Assembly (NCBI RefSeq): GCF_001194135.2
Contig: NC_068983.1
Coordinates: 24,200,443-24,264,442, forward strand
Source: Octopus bimaculoides
Lineage: Eukaryota
Length of the DNA: 64,000 bases
Direction: 5' to 3'
The notes beneath the pieces are model-generated. The model saw only the letters and a program-made list of their open reading frames with translations, made no database searches and had not been told where the DNA came from. A program made the translations under genes and the position numbers. Positions 41,027-54,605 of the stretch are shown in pieces. Within the stretch, counting starts at the first letter, position 1, and every line of letters begins with the position of its first letter.

Positions 41027-42623
41027 CTGGAGAGGAAAACAACACAAAAATGTAACTGCAGAGAATTAATGCTTAATAACACTTTGTTGCCAGTTTCTTT
41101 GTTAGCTTCCAACACAATTTAGATTAAGATAGCATAAATAGTCTGTTATTTAGGATTGTCAAAAAAATTTTCATCAATTAAAACTAAAGATTCTAAGCTA
41201 GATAGGGCTTAGGGTTTTTTTCTTTATACTTTACATCAAGAATCACTTTTGCATAATCTGATCTATTAGAATTTGAAGCTATCACTTTTCACAATTAATA
41301 GAAGTGAAAAATTTTCAATCAGACCTCATCTAAATGAGGTCTAGTCTCTCAATCATATTTTTATTGATCCTCCAACATTTTGGTGACTTAAATAAGAAAC
41401 TTAAAAATTTAACCAATGTTGAACCTGTTTTGGAATCCTTTGACTGAGTTGTATTGCTGGAACAATCCAGCCATGTAGATTTACTAAATCCTCTTTATTT
41501 CTCATTTGTTTCTTATAATTCCATCCAGTCTTGCTCCTCTTTGGTGGGCATCATCTCTATCTCTTTAACTTGAACTGGCTCTGAATATTTTTAATCAGGT
41601 AGTGAGTCAGAGTATTTCTGCATGTTAACTCAATATATCAAATATCGTTTGACTTCCTGCAAACTGTTGCTTTCTTTATTGTTGTTCTCTTTTGATATGA
41701 TAATTTATACAGTCATTAACAATCCCAAAGGAAACATACTCCAGCTACAAGCCTAAGAAAATTCAAATTGCTTGGTTCTGCTGCTCAGAATAATTGGCCA
41801 CATTAGAAAGTATTTAAAAGTTACATTCATAGCAACAGTATTTTCTCTCCAGACAGACAGTCACTTAATACTCTTATGCACCAATACAGCTTTTTAGCTT
41901 TTTAACTAAAGTCTATGAAAAGTTTCCATTATTCCTCATGCTGTTATTTGCCTATTAACATTAGAAAAAAAATATTTCTCTTGAAAGAAAAGGCAAAAAA
42001 AAAAAAAAACTGTATCAAAACTACAACAAATTATAAAGAATTTATGGTGACAGTTAAAGAATACTGATATTTTTTTGTTTCCTTACCCCTTGCAGAAATG
42101 TTCATTCCTGAAGCTGTGACAATCAATTCAGCTTTGTCTTTACTTGGTCCAATGTTTCTCTCGCCAGACAATTCAACTCTGTTTAGTTAATCAAGTGAGA
42201 TGCTTTATGGTTTGCTTTATAGAAATCAATGTTTGTATCGGTATTATTCTGTACATCATATTCGCAAAAAAAAAACAAATATCTCTCATCATTACATTTG
42301 TTTATGGTGCTATTCTCTGACAAAGAAAAAAAAACTTGTACAGGTATTTTGTCATTATGAAGCTCATTGTGTAGATGTACAATTAGCATATATTACACTT
42401 GGCAGTTTTTCTCTCCTGAGAATAGTCTTTAAGATTTGTGAAGTAGTAAATTGCAGAAGTCATTGAGTGATGGAGTAAAAACCTAGTAATATTGGGTTTT
42501 GGCCTTCAGCATTCTCAGATCAAATTCAACTGCAGTTAACTCTAACTTTTGTCTTGCTCTCTCTCTCTCTAGTTTATAAAAGTGAGAAGATTTGATACCA
42601 GTCAAGCACTGGTTCATCTAAAT

Positions 42624-42911
42624 CAGTGGTTTCCAAACTTTTCTGGAGCTGCCACCTCCTTGGCACCTCAGGCCACATTTCTTGCACTTCCCTCCCACCC
42701 TACCACATACACTCACCACAACAAACACAGACCACTTTCTGTAGCAAATTCAAAACAACTGCATTTCACAAACAAAACTTAACCTAATTAACCCATTATT
42801 TTGTTGCTTTTATACCTACCGCACTATTCTTCAATGCCTTCCTGAATCTTTCCAGCCCCCCCCCCCCACACACACACAAGGGGGCAGTGCTGCCCACTTT
42901 GGGAACTACTG
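42624..42911. mobile_element. hAT (Charlie-like) MITE, 288 bp
   Basis: TIRs CAGTGGTTTCCAAA / TTTGGGAACTACTG; 8-bp flanks ATCTAAAT and ATTTAAAT (TSD with one mismatch). Confidence 0.8.
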
Positions 42912-45522
42912 ATTTAAATCAACTACATTCTTGCCTCCAAATCTATAGACTTTTGCCAAAGTTAAAGCTGTATTTGTCTAAGCAGTGAGTTAGTAAAAGC
43001 ACTACGTTTAATTTAGCCCCCTTTTCTGCTATGTTCTGAGTTGATATAGCATCCCCTATGGTTGGCTGATCTTTCTATCCCTTTCAGAACTGGTGATAAT
43101 ATATTTTTAAAAAATGGTGGTGCTGCTGGTTTCATTTGTATAGACCACTTGTTCTCAGTCATATTTTGTCTATGGAATGCCTTTATTTCTTATTCTACTC
43201 TTTTTACTCCTCTGGATTCCCATAGCCATTCAATGTTTAAAAAAATCCTATTGTATTTTCATAATTAATTAATAATTAGGAATTTCATAAGAAAAATTGT
43301 TGAAATATTTTGTGTATTGTACAAGTATAACTAATTCATTGCACATAAATTTTAATGACAAAATTTCATATGGACTCCAGTTGGGTACCATTTGTATAGA
43401 CTGTTACTCCTTCTCGCCATTATTACCATCATCACCATCACCATTATCAACAATTGGCCTTGTGTTAAATTAAGAAATCAATATTCATGAATTAGAAGCA
43501 GCAGCAGCATCCAATGGAAGAGTCTAATTGTTCAGGTCAAATCATAGAAACTGTGAAAGGCAGAGATTTATCATCTTGAGGGGTGTGACAGGTTGTTGTA
43601 CGAGTCGATTCACTTCTTGGTGGCCTATTTTAACTTCCAAAGTAACGTTTGTAGGTGAATTTGGATATTTCTTTTGCTTTGTTTTTGGTGATATTCCTCT
43701 GTCTTAGTTTCTTTCTTCTTTTTATAGCTGAGAGTAAAGAAGGAAATTGAATTAACTGCAGATGAAACTAAATTTGCTGAGGATGGTTTGAACAGTTGAC
43801 ATCTAGTTATTTATTCATGAGCACTAATTTTAAGTAAATGAATTACATAACCTCAAAACACTTGGGTTGAAATAATTATATTTAAGTTAGTTATTCAAGT
43901 TACTTTCTTTATATATGTATATAAAAAAAAATACAGTTATACTATACTATAGATTAGTAACAAGTTTAAATACCTGTGAGGTATAATATNNNNNNNNNNN
44001 NNNNNNNNNNNNNNNNNNNNNNNNNNNNNNNNNNNNNNNNNNNNNNNNNNNNNNNNNNNNNNNNNNNNNNNNNNNNNNNNNNNNNNNNNNNNNNNNNNNN
44101 NNNNNNNNNNNNNNNNNNNNNNNNNNNNNNNNNNNNNNNNNNNNNNNNNNNNNNNNNNNNNNNNNNNNNNNNNNNNNNNNNNNNNNNNNNNNNNNNNNNN
44201 NNNNNNNNNNNNNNNNNNNNNNNNNNNNNNNNNNNNNNNNNNNNNNNNNNNNNNNNNNNNNNNAAAAAAAAAAAAAAGCGAAAGGCAAAAAAAACTGAAT
44301 TTAGATTTTGGATTTGGCTCAAAAAATTTAACCATAGTCATGTTTTATGTTTTCTTTTATGAGATAGTTTTAGAAGTAAGAGCAGTAGTTGTAGCCTTTT
44401 CTGGCTTTCCTAGACTGGAAGAATTAGGATAGTTAGCTAAAATTAGTATAGCTTGTATTCATTTACAGCTTCTGATGATCAGTTTTCTATGTTCAAGAGA
44501 GACCTCTGGAAAAAAAGAAAAAAAAGATGTAGATAAGTAGCTGCTTTTATTCCTTATTCAAAAGGATGAAACACAGAAATGGTGGTGGTGGTGAGTGAAC
44601 ATAGATGGGGACAGAGAAGTGAAATGAGCAGGTTTAGCTTTGCTTGGATCTAGAAGCTCAGTGTTCCATGTATACTGTGGTTGTATATGTAAGGAGCCTG
44701 TAATACAGTTAAGATATACATGCATTGTAATAGTGATTGTAGAAGCGGCATAGTGGAGATACCTTTTTGGGTGTTCATCTGTTGTTGTAGACTGTTGGTG
44801 AATGTAAATTTATCAAAGTAGATGATAGTCCACACCAAGACGATTATGTGTGTAGTTGTTTATGGTCATATCTCATTGTAAACACTGCTTCTTGTCTGTT
44901 AATAATACTTAAGCAAAGTGAAACTTAATACTTAGATGAGTGATAGCTTGGGAAACCTTAGTGCAGAAAGCAAAGAAGCTTTCATACTGAGTTATAAGAA
45001 ACGATGATGGTGGTGAGTTTGATGTTTGGAAGCTCTGTCAAGAGCCAAAAAGCTTTCTTGCTGGATGCAGTTGAATTGAAGACATGCTATACAACTTAGT
45101 TGTGAGCCTGTGGTGAAAGTTATATCTCTAAACCGTTTGTGTGTATGTGTGTGTGCGTGTGTGTGTGTGTGTGTGAACAAAAGTTCATAAAGGTTCATTA
45201 ACTCTTTATGCTTCTATGTGTGAGCCTTTGTAAAGAGTTCATTTTTGAGTGTCCTTAAGGCAGAGAATGACAATGTTCTTTCTAATTTTAGCACAAGGCT
45301 GAGAGTTTTGAAGGGAGAGGACAAGTCAATTACTTTTGACTCCAGTACTAGACTAGCACTTTGTTTTATCGACCCTGAAAAGATGATAGGCAAGGTTGAC
45401 CTCAGCAGAAATTAAATTCAGTATATAACAATTCTGCCAACTTACCACTTTTGCCAATAACATAAAATTGCATTCTGTGATTCTGGGTTCATATTCTTAG
45501 AGAGAGAGAAAAATTTCTAAAT

Positions 45523-45624
45523 GTGGCACCTTGGGCAAATGTCTTCTACTATAGCCTCAGGCCGACCAAAGCCTTGTGAGTGGATTTGGTAGATGGAAAC
45601 TGAAAGAAGCCCATCATATATATG

Positions 45625-45657
<33 letters not shown>

Positions 45658-45870
45658 ATGTTTGTGTGTCTGTGTTTGTGCCCCCAACATCGCTTGACAA
45701 CTGATGCTGGTGTGTTTACGTCCCCGTGACTTAGCAGTTCGGCAACAGAGACCAATAGAATAAGTACTAGGCTTACAAAGAATAAGTCCTGGGGTCGATT
45801 TGCTCGACTAAAGGCGGTGCTCCAGCATGGCCACATTCAAATGACTGAAACAAGTAAAAGAGTAAAAGAG
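45523..45870 (+). mobile_element. SINE family A, 5'-truncated
   Basis: Starts at GTGGCACCTTGGGCAAATG; tail intact. Confidence 0.85.
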
Positions 45871-46011
45871 TGCACTTTGCTCTCTGTATGGATGTGTGTT
45901 TGTACCTTCCATATGTGACTGATTATCTCTATATATACTTAACCATTTAAATTGGTGTGGACCTTCTTATCATTGTGTATTAATATGTGACTGTGTCTCA
46001 GCATATGTGTA

Positions 46012-46097
46012 TGTGTAATGTATTTCCATATATTGATATATTTCAGAATTTCTGTGTGTAATGTATTTCCCTATATTGATATATTTCAGAATTTCGG
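46012..46097. repeat. 43-bp tandem duplication
   Basis: TGTGTAATGTATTTCC(A/C)TATATTGATATATTTCAGAATTTC occurs twice. Confidence 0.9.
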
Positions 46098-46928
46098 ATA
46101 TTTAAACTTGTTACTAATCTATAGTATAGTATAACTGTATTTTTTTTATAACTGTGTGTTGTGTGTGTGTGTAAAACAATCTATATGTGATGTATATTTG
46201 TTAGTTTAGCAAGAAGCAGAACTAAAAGTCTTACAGAACTCTTTGGTACTTATTCTGTCCTTCTCTTTGGCTGAACTGCTAAGCCATAGGAACATAAACA
46301 AACCAACACTAGTTGTCAAGTGGTGTGTGAAGAAACAAATACAGACAAATGTACGTGCACACACATACACTTTCCGTCTGTCAGATTCACTCAAAAAGCT
46401 GTAAAAGACACTTAAACAAGAGTGCTGCACAGTGGGACTGAACTTGAAACCCCCATAGCTGCAAAGAACCATATAGCCATGCCTACACTTGTAGTGTATA
46501 TATACATACATACATACAAAATCGAACATATTCTGTATGTACCTGGTGTAAAAAACACCTGAAAGTAAGTCACAGTCAAGTGAAACAACTCGATATTTAG
46601 TTATTGTTCTGACTTATCAATTCTGCATGCTGAACAAGGCCTGCTGCAAGCCACATCGCCAACTATGATTATATGCTAAATGGTTTAGACACCATCTCCA
46701 AGCATGTCCCAAAATTTCATGCCATAGAAAAAATTCAAATATGAATTAGAAGCAGCTTGAGGTAAATAAACAGTTGTTTTTTACACTAGGTACATAGAGA
46801 ATATATTCTCTTATGTCTAAAACTCAGAGCCAATCCATGAACTAACAACACACATACCTTGTGTATGTGTGTTTGATTTTGTTTATATACCTTGAACTGC
46901 TTCTAATTCATATTTGAATATATATGTA

Positions 46929-48177
46929 TTGGGTCAGCCCATAAATAATGTGGTTTTTTTCAATTGCATGAACTAAAAGTCAGAAGGGGACAGGATAAAC
47001 TACCTGCATCAACTTGCTATAAAAGAAGGTAGTAATTTCACCTTGTACTTATTCTTAGTGCAATTTTTGAAGATTGCAGTTCGATTTTAACAGTTATTTT
47101 TTCAAAGCTATTATAGAAGTGACAAAGAAGCATATTTGGAATAATTTGCTTTATGAGTTTAATAAAGGCAACAGCACAATGGAAAGTGCGAGGAATGTTA
47201 ATGCAGTATATGGGAATCGGACAGTATGTGTAAACCAGTGTCAACGGCGGTTCTAGAATTTCCGAACTGGAAACTACAGCCTAGAATATGAGCCTTGTCC
47301 GGGAAGATATGTAGAGCTCGACAAGGACTTCCTGCAGACCCTGGTGGAACAAAATCCCATCGTAACTGTTGAGGAACTAGCAGAGAAGCTTGGATTTGGT
47401 CATTCAACCATTCATCGACAACGTGTGTGCCATCGGAAAAGTCAGCAAATTGGGTCAATAGGTTCCTCACAAATTTTCCGAGTCTGATTGTGCATATGAA
47501 CCTTTTTTGGACCAAATAGTGACTGGTGATGAGAAATGGGTTCTTTATAAAAATGTCAAGCACCAAAGACAGTGAGTAGGGAAAGGAGAAACACTGGCAC
47601 CCCAGGCTAAAGAAGGTCTTCACCCATGTAAGGTGTTATTATCTGTTTGGTGAGATATAAAAGGTTTAGTTGACTTTGAACTTTTAAACCCAAACCAAAC
47701 AATAACAAAGGAGATCTACTGCAAGCAACTTGAGTGACTTAAGTCAGTGCTAGAAGAAAAATAACCATCTTTGGTTTCAAGATGAAAGGTGTTCTTCCAT
47801 GGGGATAATGCTTGGCCATAAACAGTGAGGATGACATTCTAAAGGCTGGAGCAGTTTGAATTGGAGATGATGCCCCACCCACCATATTCACTAGACATTG
47901 CTCCCTTCTAATTATCATTTATTCCACAATCTTCAAAATAATTTGGACAGAAAATATATGAATTCTGTAGATGAGGTCAGAACAGTACTGGAGGAGTATT
48001 TTTCATCACAGACAAGTGAATCTTAAAAGAGGGGCCTTGCAAATCTACCAGATAGATGGAAGAACATTGTAGAAAATGAAGGAGAGTATATTTTAGATTA
48101 AAAAGGAATTTTGTTAATCTTAATTTTGAAAAATAAAAGAAATATAAAAAAAACCACATTATTTATGGAATGACCCA

Positions 48178-48178
<1 letters not shown>
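46929..48178 (+). mobile_element. Near full-length mariner (DD34D-like) transposon, 1250 bp, transposase pseudogenised
   Basis: TIRs TTGGGTCAGCCCATAAATAATGTGGTTTTTTT / AAAAAAACCACATTATTTATGGAATGACCCAA with TA flanks; motifs VPH, IVTGDEKWV, HGDNA, HPPYSLDIAP; multiple stops and frameshifts. Confidence 0.92.
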
Positions 48179-48223
<45 letters not shown>

Positions 48224-49045
48224 GCTTCTTTGCAGCTCTAAGAGTTTTTAACTCTTGTTTCTAGCACTGCAGGTGCTGCTTTGCACTGTCAGTCACAATT
48301 GGTGACAGTTGAATTTTTCCTTTTTGGTTTATATTGAATATAGCCACCTTTGTTATTTTATATGTATAAGTGTGTGTATGTGTGCGGTTCAAAATTGTAC
48401 ACAAAAAAAGAAACAAAAAAAAAACACACAAGCAGGTGAGGGAACAACAAACAAGGTGTATTAGTTTGATTTTCAGGAAAAATAGAGTCTTTGACGTTTT
48501 TAGCTTACGCACTTCTACAGGAAGGAATGAGAAAAGAAAACTACGTAGAAAGGTAAAAAAAAAAAAAACAGAGAGAGAAAAAAATGCATTTAGATTAGCA
48601 GTTTCACACGTGTGTGTATATATATATGTGTGTGTGTGTATAGATATGTGCTAGAAGATTTTTAAATGTGTTATGTACATCATTTTGGTAGTACTACAGG
48701 AAGTATGAGACATACTGCCTAATTAAAATTGGAAACTTCTCAGAGCTGATGATCAGTGGCTTTGATGCATTTCATAGCAAGGTATATTCAGGATACATAT
48801 ATAAAGGTATAGTACATTATTAAGATTCTGAAACAAAGACTGGTTATGAAAGAACACAATAAATATTCATCACTCAAACTATGCGTGTTGAGACTTGTAT
48901 GAATAATATTTTTTTTTTCTGAAGAGGTCATTAACCATTTTGAGATGAAGACGACAGAAAACAGTAGATTTTCTTTCTTTTATAAGACAGGTGAATAATA
49001 AGAGAGTTATTTTGATTTCTACATAAAGGTATTTGACTTTCAAGA

Positions 49046-49085
<40 letters not shown>

Positions 49086-49137
49086 TGTGTATATACAGGG
49101 TAGCAGTGCTAAGCGATGATGTATTTAAATACAAACT

Positions 49138-49258
49138 CTTGTTACTAGTTCAAATATGCTTGTGGCATATTCGAACCCCGGAGAGAAATTTTCTCAATAA
49201 CAAAATACAGTGATACAGGTTCAAATAATGCTTCAAGCATATTTGAACTGGTTACAAG
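49138..49258. mobile_element. 121-bp palindromic mini-element with hairpin-forming arms
   Basis: CTTGTTACTAGTTCAAATATGCTTG / CAAGCATATTTGAACTGGTTACAAG inverted termini; partial second copy at about 1302-1390. Confidence 0.65.
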
Positions 49259-49671
49259 TTTATATATATATGGATGTGTGTGCGTGCATATATGTGTATG
49301 TATGTGCATGTATGTGTGTGAGTGTTTGTGTGTGTGTGTGTATGTGTGTGTGTGTGTGTGTGATCACCAAATATTTTCTGTACAGTGTTTGTATTTTGGT
49401 AGCTGTTGCCAAGTAAGTTACTTGTAAAATATTAATAAAAAAAGTTTGGTATCAGGAAGGGCAACTGACCGAGGAACACATCCCCAAGACATCTTGTCCA
49501 AACTCATTTCACCAAGGAAAATGTGGATATAAAAATATGATTGCGTGCACTCACACACAATCATTATTTTACATCCATTTTCCATTATGGGATGGGTTTA
49601 GTTTGGATGAGTTGTTGCTGATCTCAAACACTGGTCAGGGATCACATCTTAGTCACCATTTTGGCCTGGTG

Positions 49672-49717
<46 letters not shown>

Positions 49718-50370
49718 TGTTTTTGTATGTATTTATATATTTCACTATCATCATCTTTTAACATCTATTTTCAAAGTTAACATAGATTGAATACATAGCT
49801 GCATACACACACNNNNNNNNNNNNNNNNNNNNNNNNNNNNNNNNNNNNNNNNNNNNNNNNNNNNNNNNNNNNNNNNNNNNNNNNNNNNNNNNNNNNNNNN
49901 NNNNNNNNNNNNNNNNNNNNNNNNNNNNNNNNNNNNNNNNNNNNNNNNNNNNNNNNNNNNNNNNNNNNNNNNNNNNNNNNNNNNNNNNNNNNNNNNNNNN
50001 NNNNNNNNNNNNNNNNNNNNNNNNNNNNNNNNNNNNNNNNNNNNNNNNNNNNNNNNNNNNNNNNNNNNNNNNNNNNNNNNNNNNNNNNNNNNNNNNNNNN
50101 NNNNNNNNNNNNNNNNNNNNNNNNNNNNNNNNNNNNNNNNNNNNNNNNNNNNNNNNNNNNNNNNNNNNNNNNNNNNNNNNNNNNNNNNNNNNNNNNNNNN
50201 NNNNNNNNNNNNNNNNNNNNNNNNNNNNNNNNTATACACACATATGGTTGAAATGATTGTCCTTTTCTTCTTTCTATCACAAGAATGGCAAGTCTTTGTA
50301 CCAGCCCAATTGTATGACACAGCATTGGTCTATTCATCATCATTTTCAATGTTTAACATCTGTTTTCCAT

Positions 50371-50423
<53 letters not shown>

Positions 50424-52200
50424 ACGAGCTTCTTTCAGTTTCCATTTCTCAAATCCACTCATAGTGAACTGAGGGCTAGGACCAGTGCTAGCATCAGGGT
50501 ATTCATCTGCTTAGGCCAGTTTTACAGGGTGCTACCCAACCACCTTCACTGGAAAATTTAGTCAAAAATTTATAGTTCAAGAACTCTACACTTTTATGAT
50601 TATGCATATCACTGGGCAAAATTTGTTACTGGACAAAATTTGAAATATTTCATGCTGAATCATGTGATAAGTAAAAATGCTGCCTGATGTTCTTGACCCA
50701 CCTGTCCTCTATAGATCTTTTTGCTCTGGGAGTAACCTCACCTGCTCTCTTTTTTACTAAGTGTTCATGGTATTAATTAGATGTAAAACTCATATGCAAA
50801 TTGTTGGTGGTGCTCCTCACCTTAATTTGAAAGCCACAGGTAATCTCTTACTTTGCTTTGGGCACAGTGCCATCCCTGCTGAGGACGTTGTGTTTGGATT
50901 GCAAGGGCAGCAAAAATACCCGTAATGGGCGTGAACTGAGAATCTATAGAGTAGGCAATTCAATATCTTAAATCACTTAGCCATCTCAACAAGTGAATAA
51001 ATATTTCATATTAAAATGATATCTGGATGAAGTTGTGAGTTGAGATAATTGATGTAAAATGAGAAACAGCAAAAAGATAAAAGAAGCTTGTGAAACACCT
51101 GATGTGATTTGTAAAAGGAAGGGTGGGGGAGACAGGCATCAGAAAGTGCTTTGTATCTCTTCAAATACTGTAATTAAAGACATTGTGCTGATATTGCCAG
51201 TCTAATTATGTAATGCATTTTTGTTTGTCACCGGAATATTTGTGTATGAATGTTTGTCAGTCGGTGTGTTGGTTGATGTCTACATATTGTTTTCTTTTAT
51301 TTTTATTTATATTTTATTTTATATTTTCTTTTTTTCCCAGTCTGGTGTTGATATCATTGCTGTCACTGTTCTACCTACAATGTTGGTTTAACAAGCATTT
51401 TAACTGTACATGTTTCAAGTTTCCACTATTTGCCATAATATTATTCATTTACCAGGGTTTTTAACTACTGAATTCCTATTAAAAAAAAACCAGAAAGAAT
51501 GCTGTTCATACACGTGTGCACACATGTAGATATGTACCTCCCCATATGAATTGTTCTTTTACAATGCACAGTAAATATATATAAAGTGTCATGATGTCTG
51601 TATATTCTAAATAAGCTCAATGATATCATTGATGCAGGCTTTGTTCTCATTTCTTTTAACCCTTTCTGGCTCACAGCTACTAAGGAATTCATATCTAAGA
51701 TAATTAACAATTATTGTCATTTTAAAATTAGAAACAATTGCACGCACACACACAATACTGGCATAACTGTGGGGTAAGAAATATATATATATATATATAT
51801 ATATAATCTTGACATGTGCATGCAAAACACAAGCTTGTATGCATGTATATGTGTATATATATGTGTGTGTGCACATGTGCACATGTGCGCACACATACAC
51901 AGATATTTATTTATTTATGTAGAAAAAGGATACCAACATTTCCCAGGAAATAAAGCACACAGTGGGGAGGTAGTTTGTTGAACAAGAATTCTCATAATTC
52001 TGTATGAATTTATTTTTTCAAACACAATGTCTGTATTATTTGTAACCGATATAAATGGTTCTTTTTTTGGCTTTTAAAACTATTTCATACACAGACACAG
52101 ACAGTTGTATGCATGGTTATGTATATATATATATATATGTGTGTGTGTGTGCATGTCTGTGTACATGCTGATACATACATATGAATATGTATGTAGGTAA

Positions 52201-52240
<40 letters not shown>

Positions 52241-52544
52241 ACGCATATAAGCACATGTATGCAAACATGTATGTGTATATATACACACATGATCTGTATC
52301 AATTTTAATATTTGTTTCACCACACCTGCATACATAGGTGGATCCTCTGCAGCACTGTATCTCATTAATTGACATTTCACCACATCATCCCAAGTCCTCA
52401 TTGCCCTCCCCTTGCACAGGTTTCATTTACTTTGAGTGCCCTGCCCTTCTATATACAGCTGTCCTCTATATACATCACTTGCTCACACTACATTGTTCAA
52501 ATTTTTCTCTCAATGGATTTGTGTTTTATTATTTATTTTTTTTC

Positions 52545-52837
52545 CGTCCTTTCAAACCCCAAGCAGACTCATGGGCCTGGGTTCCCAGTTTCTATGGCGT
52601 ATGTGTTCCCCCCAGCTGGACGGGACACCAGTCCATCACAGCGTTACTCAAGAAACAGGAAGAAAGAGTGAGAGAATGTTGGGGCGAAAGAGTACAACAG
52701 GGGTCACCACTACTCCATGCCAGAGCCGCATGGAGCTTAGGTGTTTTCGCTCAATAAACACTCACAACGCTTGGTCTGAGAATCGAAACCGCGATCCTCC
52801 GACTGCGAGTCCGCTGCCCTAACCACTGGGCCATTGC
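52545..52837 (-). mobile_element. tRNA-derived SINE with V-domain-like tail (single copy in window)
   Basis: Minus strand GCAATGGCCCAGTGGTTAGGGCAGCGGACTCGCAGTCGGAGGATCGCGGTTTCGATTCTC head; GATGGACTGGTGTCCCGTCCAGC tail motif; CpGs mostly intact. Confidence 0.7.
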
Positions 52838-54065
52838 ACACTGGGATCGAACCTAAACCATTGAGTTGTAAAAAGAGCTTCTTAAACACAGAGCCATTCC
52901 TGTACCTATACAGTATGTGCATACGCTACAGTGTCAGTCTAATGCCATTCTGTATAACAATGAAATTCCTACACCTTCTCCCCCCACTTCATTGAAAGAA
53001 CATCGCTCTAATGTGCACGCAATTGAGTATCATCCTGAAAATGTTGAGAATTAATCCTATGTCCAAAGGCTTCTTTGATTTCATTTAGTTGAGAAGTAAG
53101 GGATTGTTAATTCTTTTCGTTCAATTCTCTGAAAAGACTTTTATATTTCAAACCATTTTCCTTTTTGTAGAATATCTCCTTGCCTTCTGTCTTGTTTTTT
53201 TTTTCTTTTTTATCCTTTAAAACCAACCAAATTATAATTGATTGTATGTCATTTGGCTGTGATACAGGGACATTTGCTATTCACTTTCTTCATTCAAAGT
53301 GCTTAAACGTTTTTCTGTTTTTTTTTCGTTGTGATTAAAATAATTTGTTTTCAAAACTGGTGCCTAGCAATGGTTTAAAAAAAAAAAAAACCCCAAAAAA
53401 ATAAAGAGAGAAATCCAATGAAAACTTTTTTTTGTTTCTCTGTAAAGAGATTCACTTAATTACTTGTTGAATTTAAAAGTCAAGGCTAATATCTTTTATT
53501 CAGCATTGTTTATGCAGTATTATCCTTGTTGTTTGCTTAGCTGTATTCATACTAAATAGACAGTGCTTTAAAGAGGTTAATCACTATGGAAATGTTTCTT
53601 CAAAAGAAAATATATTGATTTGCCACTTTTTAGATGTTTTTAGCTTGGCAAAGGATATTGCCAATAGAACTTTTATTTCTACTCACCAAAATAAAGGTTC
53701 TGGGTTCAAACCAAGCTTATAAAAAGGAATACATGTTCTGAAGGCAATTGAGGATTGCCTTCAGAACATGTTAATGATGAGCACATAAAAGATGAAATTA
53801 ATAGTCTGAGAAATTAATGTTGGTGTAGTAATTAATGGATAACTTATCTCAGAAACGAAGGCAATCAATGCTATAACATTTATGTTGTTGCATTGCATGC
53901 TTGACATATTTTCAGAGTCATGTGATGCAACCTAATGATCATGTGAGCCATTTTATGCAAGAGGGGTAGCAGTTCGATGTAGGAGGCTAGCTATGCAGTT
54001 ACAGAAGGTTTCTTGTCATAGAAGACTACATATCACTTTGACATTATTTGGATAAACACTTTACT

Positions 54066-54288
54066 TTAACCCTTTAGCATTCAGATCACTCTGCCAAATG
54101 TAATGCTTATTTGTTCATTGTTTTGAATTAAATATGTATTATCTTGTAGCTCTGGGATTTCAATTATGTGACTTCGTTTTAAGAATGACATTGTTGGGTA
54201 GGTGTAAGAGGCTGGATATGGCTGCTTTGGACATATAACAGGTAGAATATTTGGGCCAGATATGGCCAGTTCAAATGCTAAAGGATTT
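54066..54288 (+). mobile_element. TTAA/CCCTT-ended MITE (piggyBac-like)
   Basis: TTAACCCTTTAGCATTCAGA start, AATGCTAAAGGA end; inverted sister copy at 55013-55231. Confidence 0.65.
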
Positions 54289-54605
54289 GAATAAATGCTT
54301 ACTTGGCTTATTTCTGTGATGATAAAGATGAGATGCACTAAATGATGACAGATCAATATTGTATGAATGCTAATTGATAAAATATGAGACTGAACAAACA
54401 TACAACGCTCATGTTCAACAAATATTCAAAGATGGTGTGTTTTGAAGTATTTGTGAAAGAACTTGATAAAAAGAAGGTCAAGTTGTTTGTAACTACTTTA
54501 GACACCTTCAGTTGGGTGATATCCATTTGGAAAATAGCATGAAGTGTATACAAATATATTTGCTCTGACATGTACACATATATATATTGTTCTTTTGAGT
54601 AATCT

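Noticed and set aside
52770-52837. Possible tRNA gene on the minus strand
   Set aside because: It continues directly into a SINE body and lacks a proper acceptor stem; treated as a SINE head
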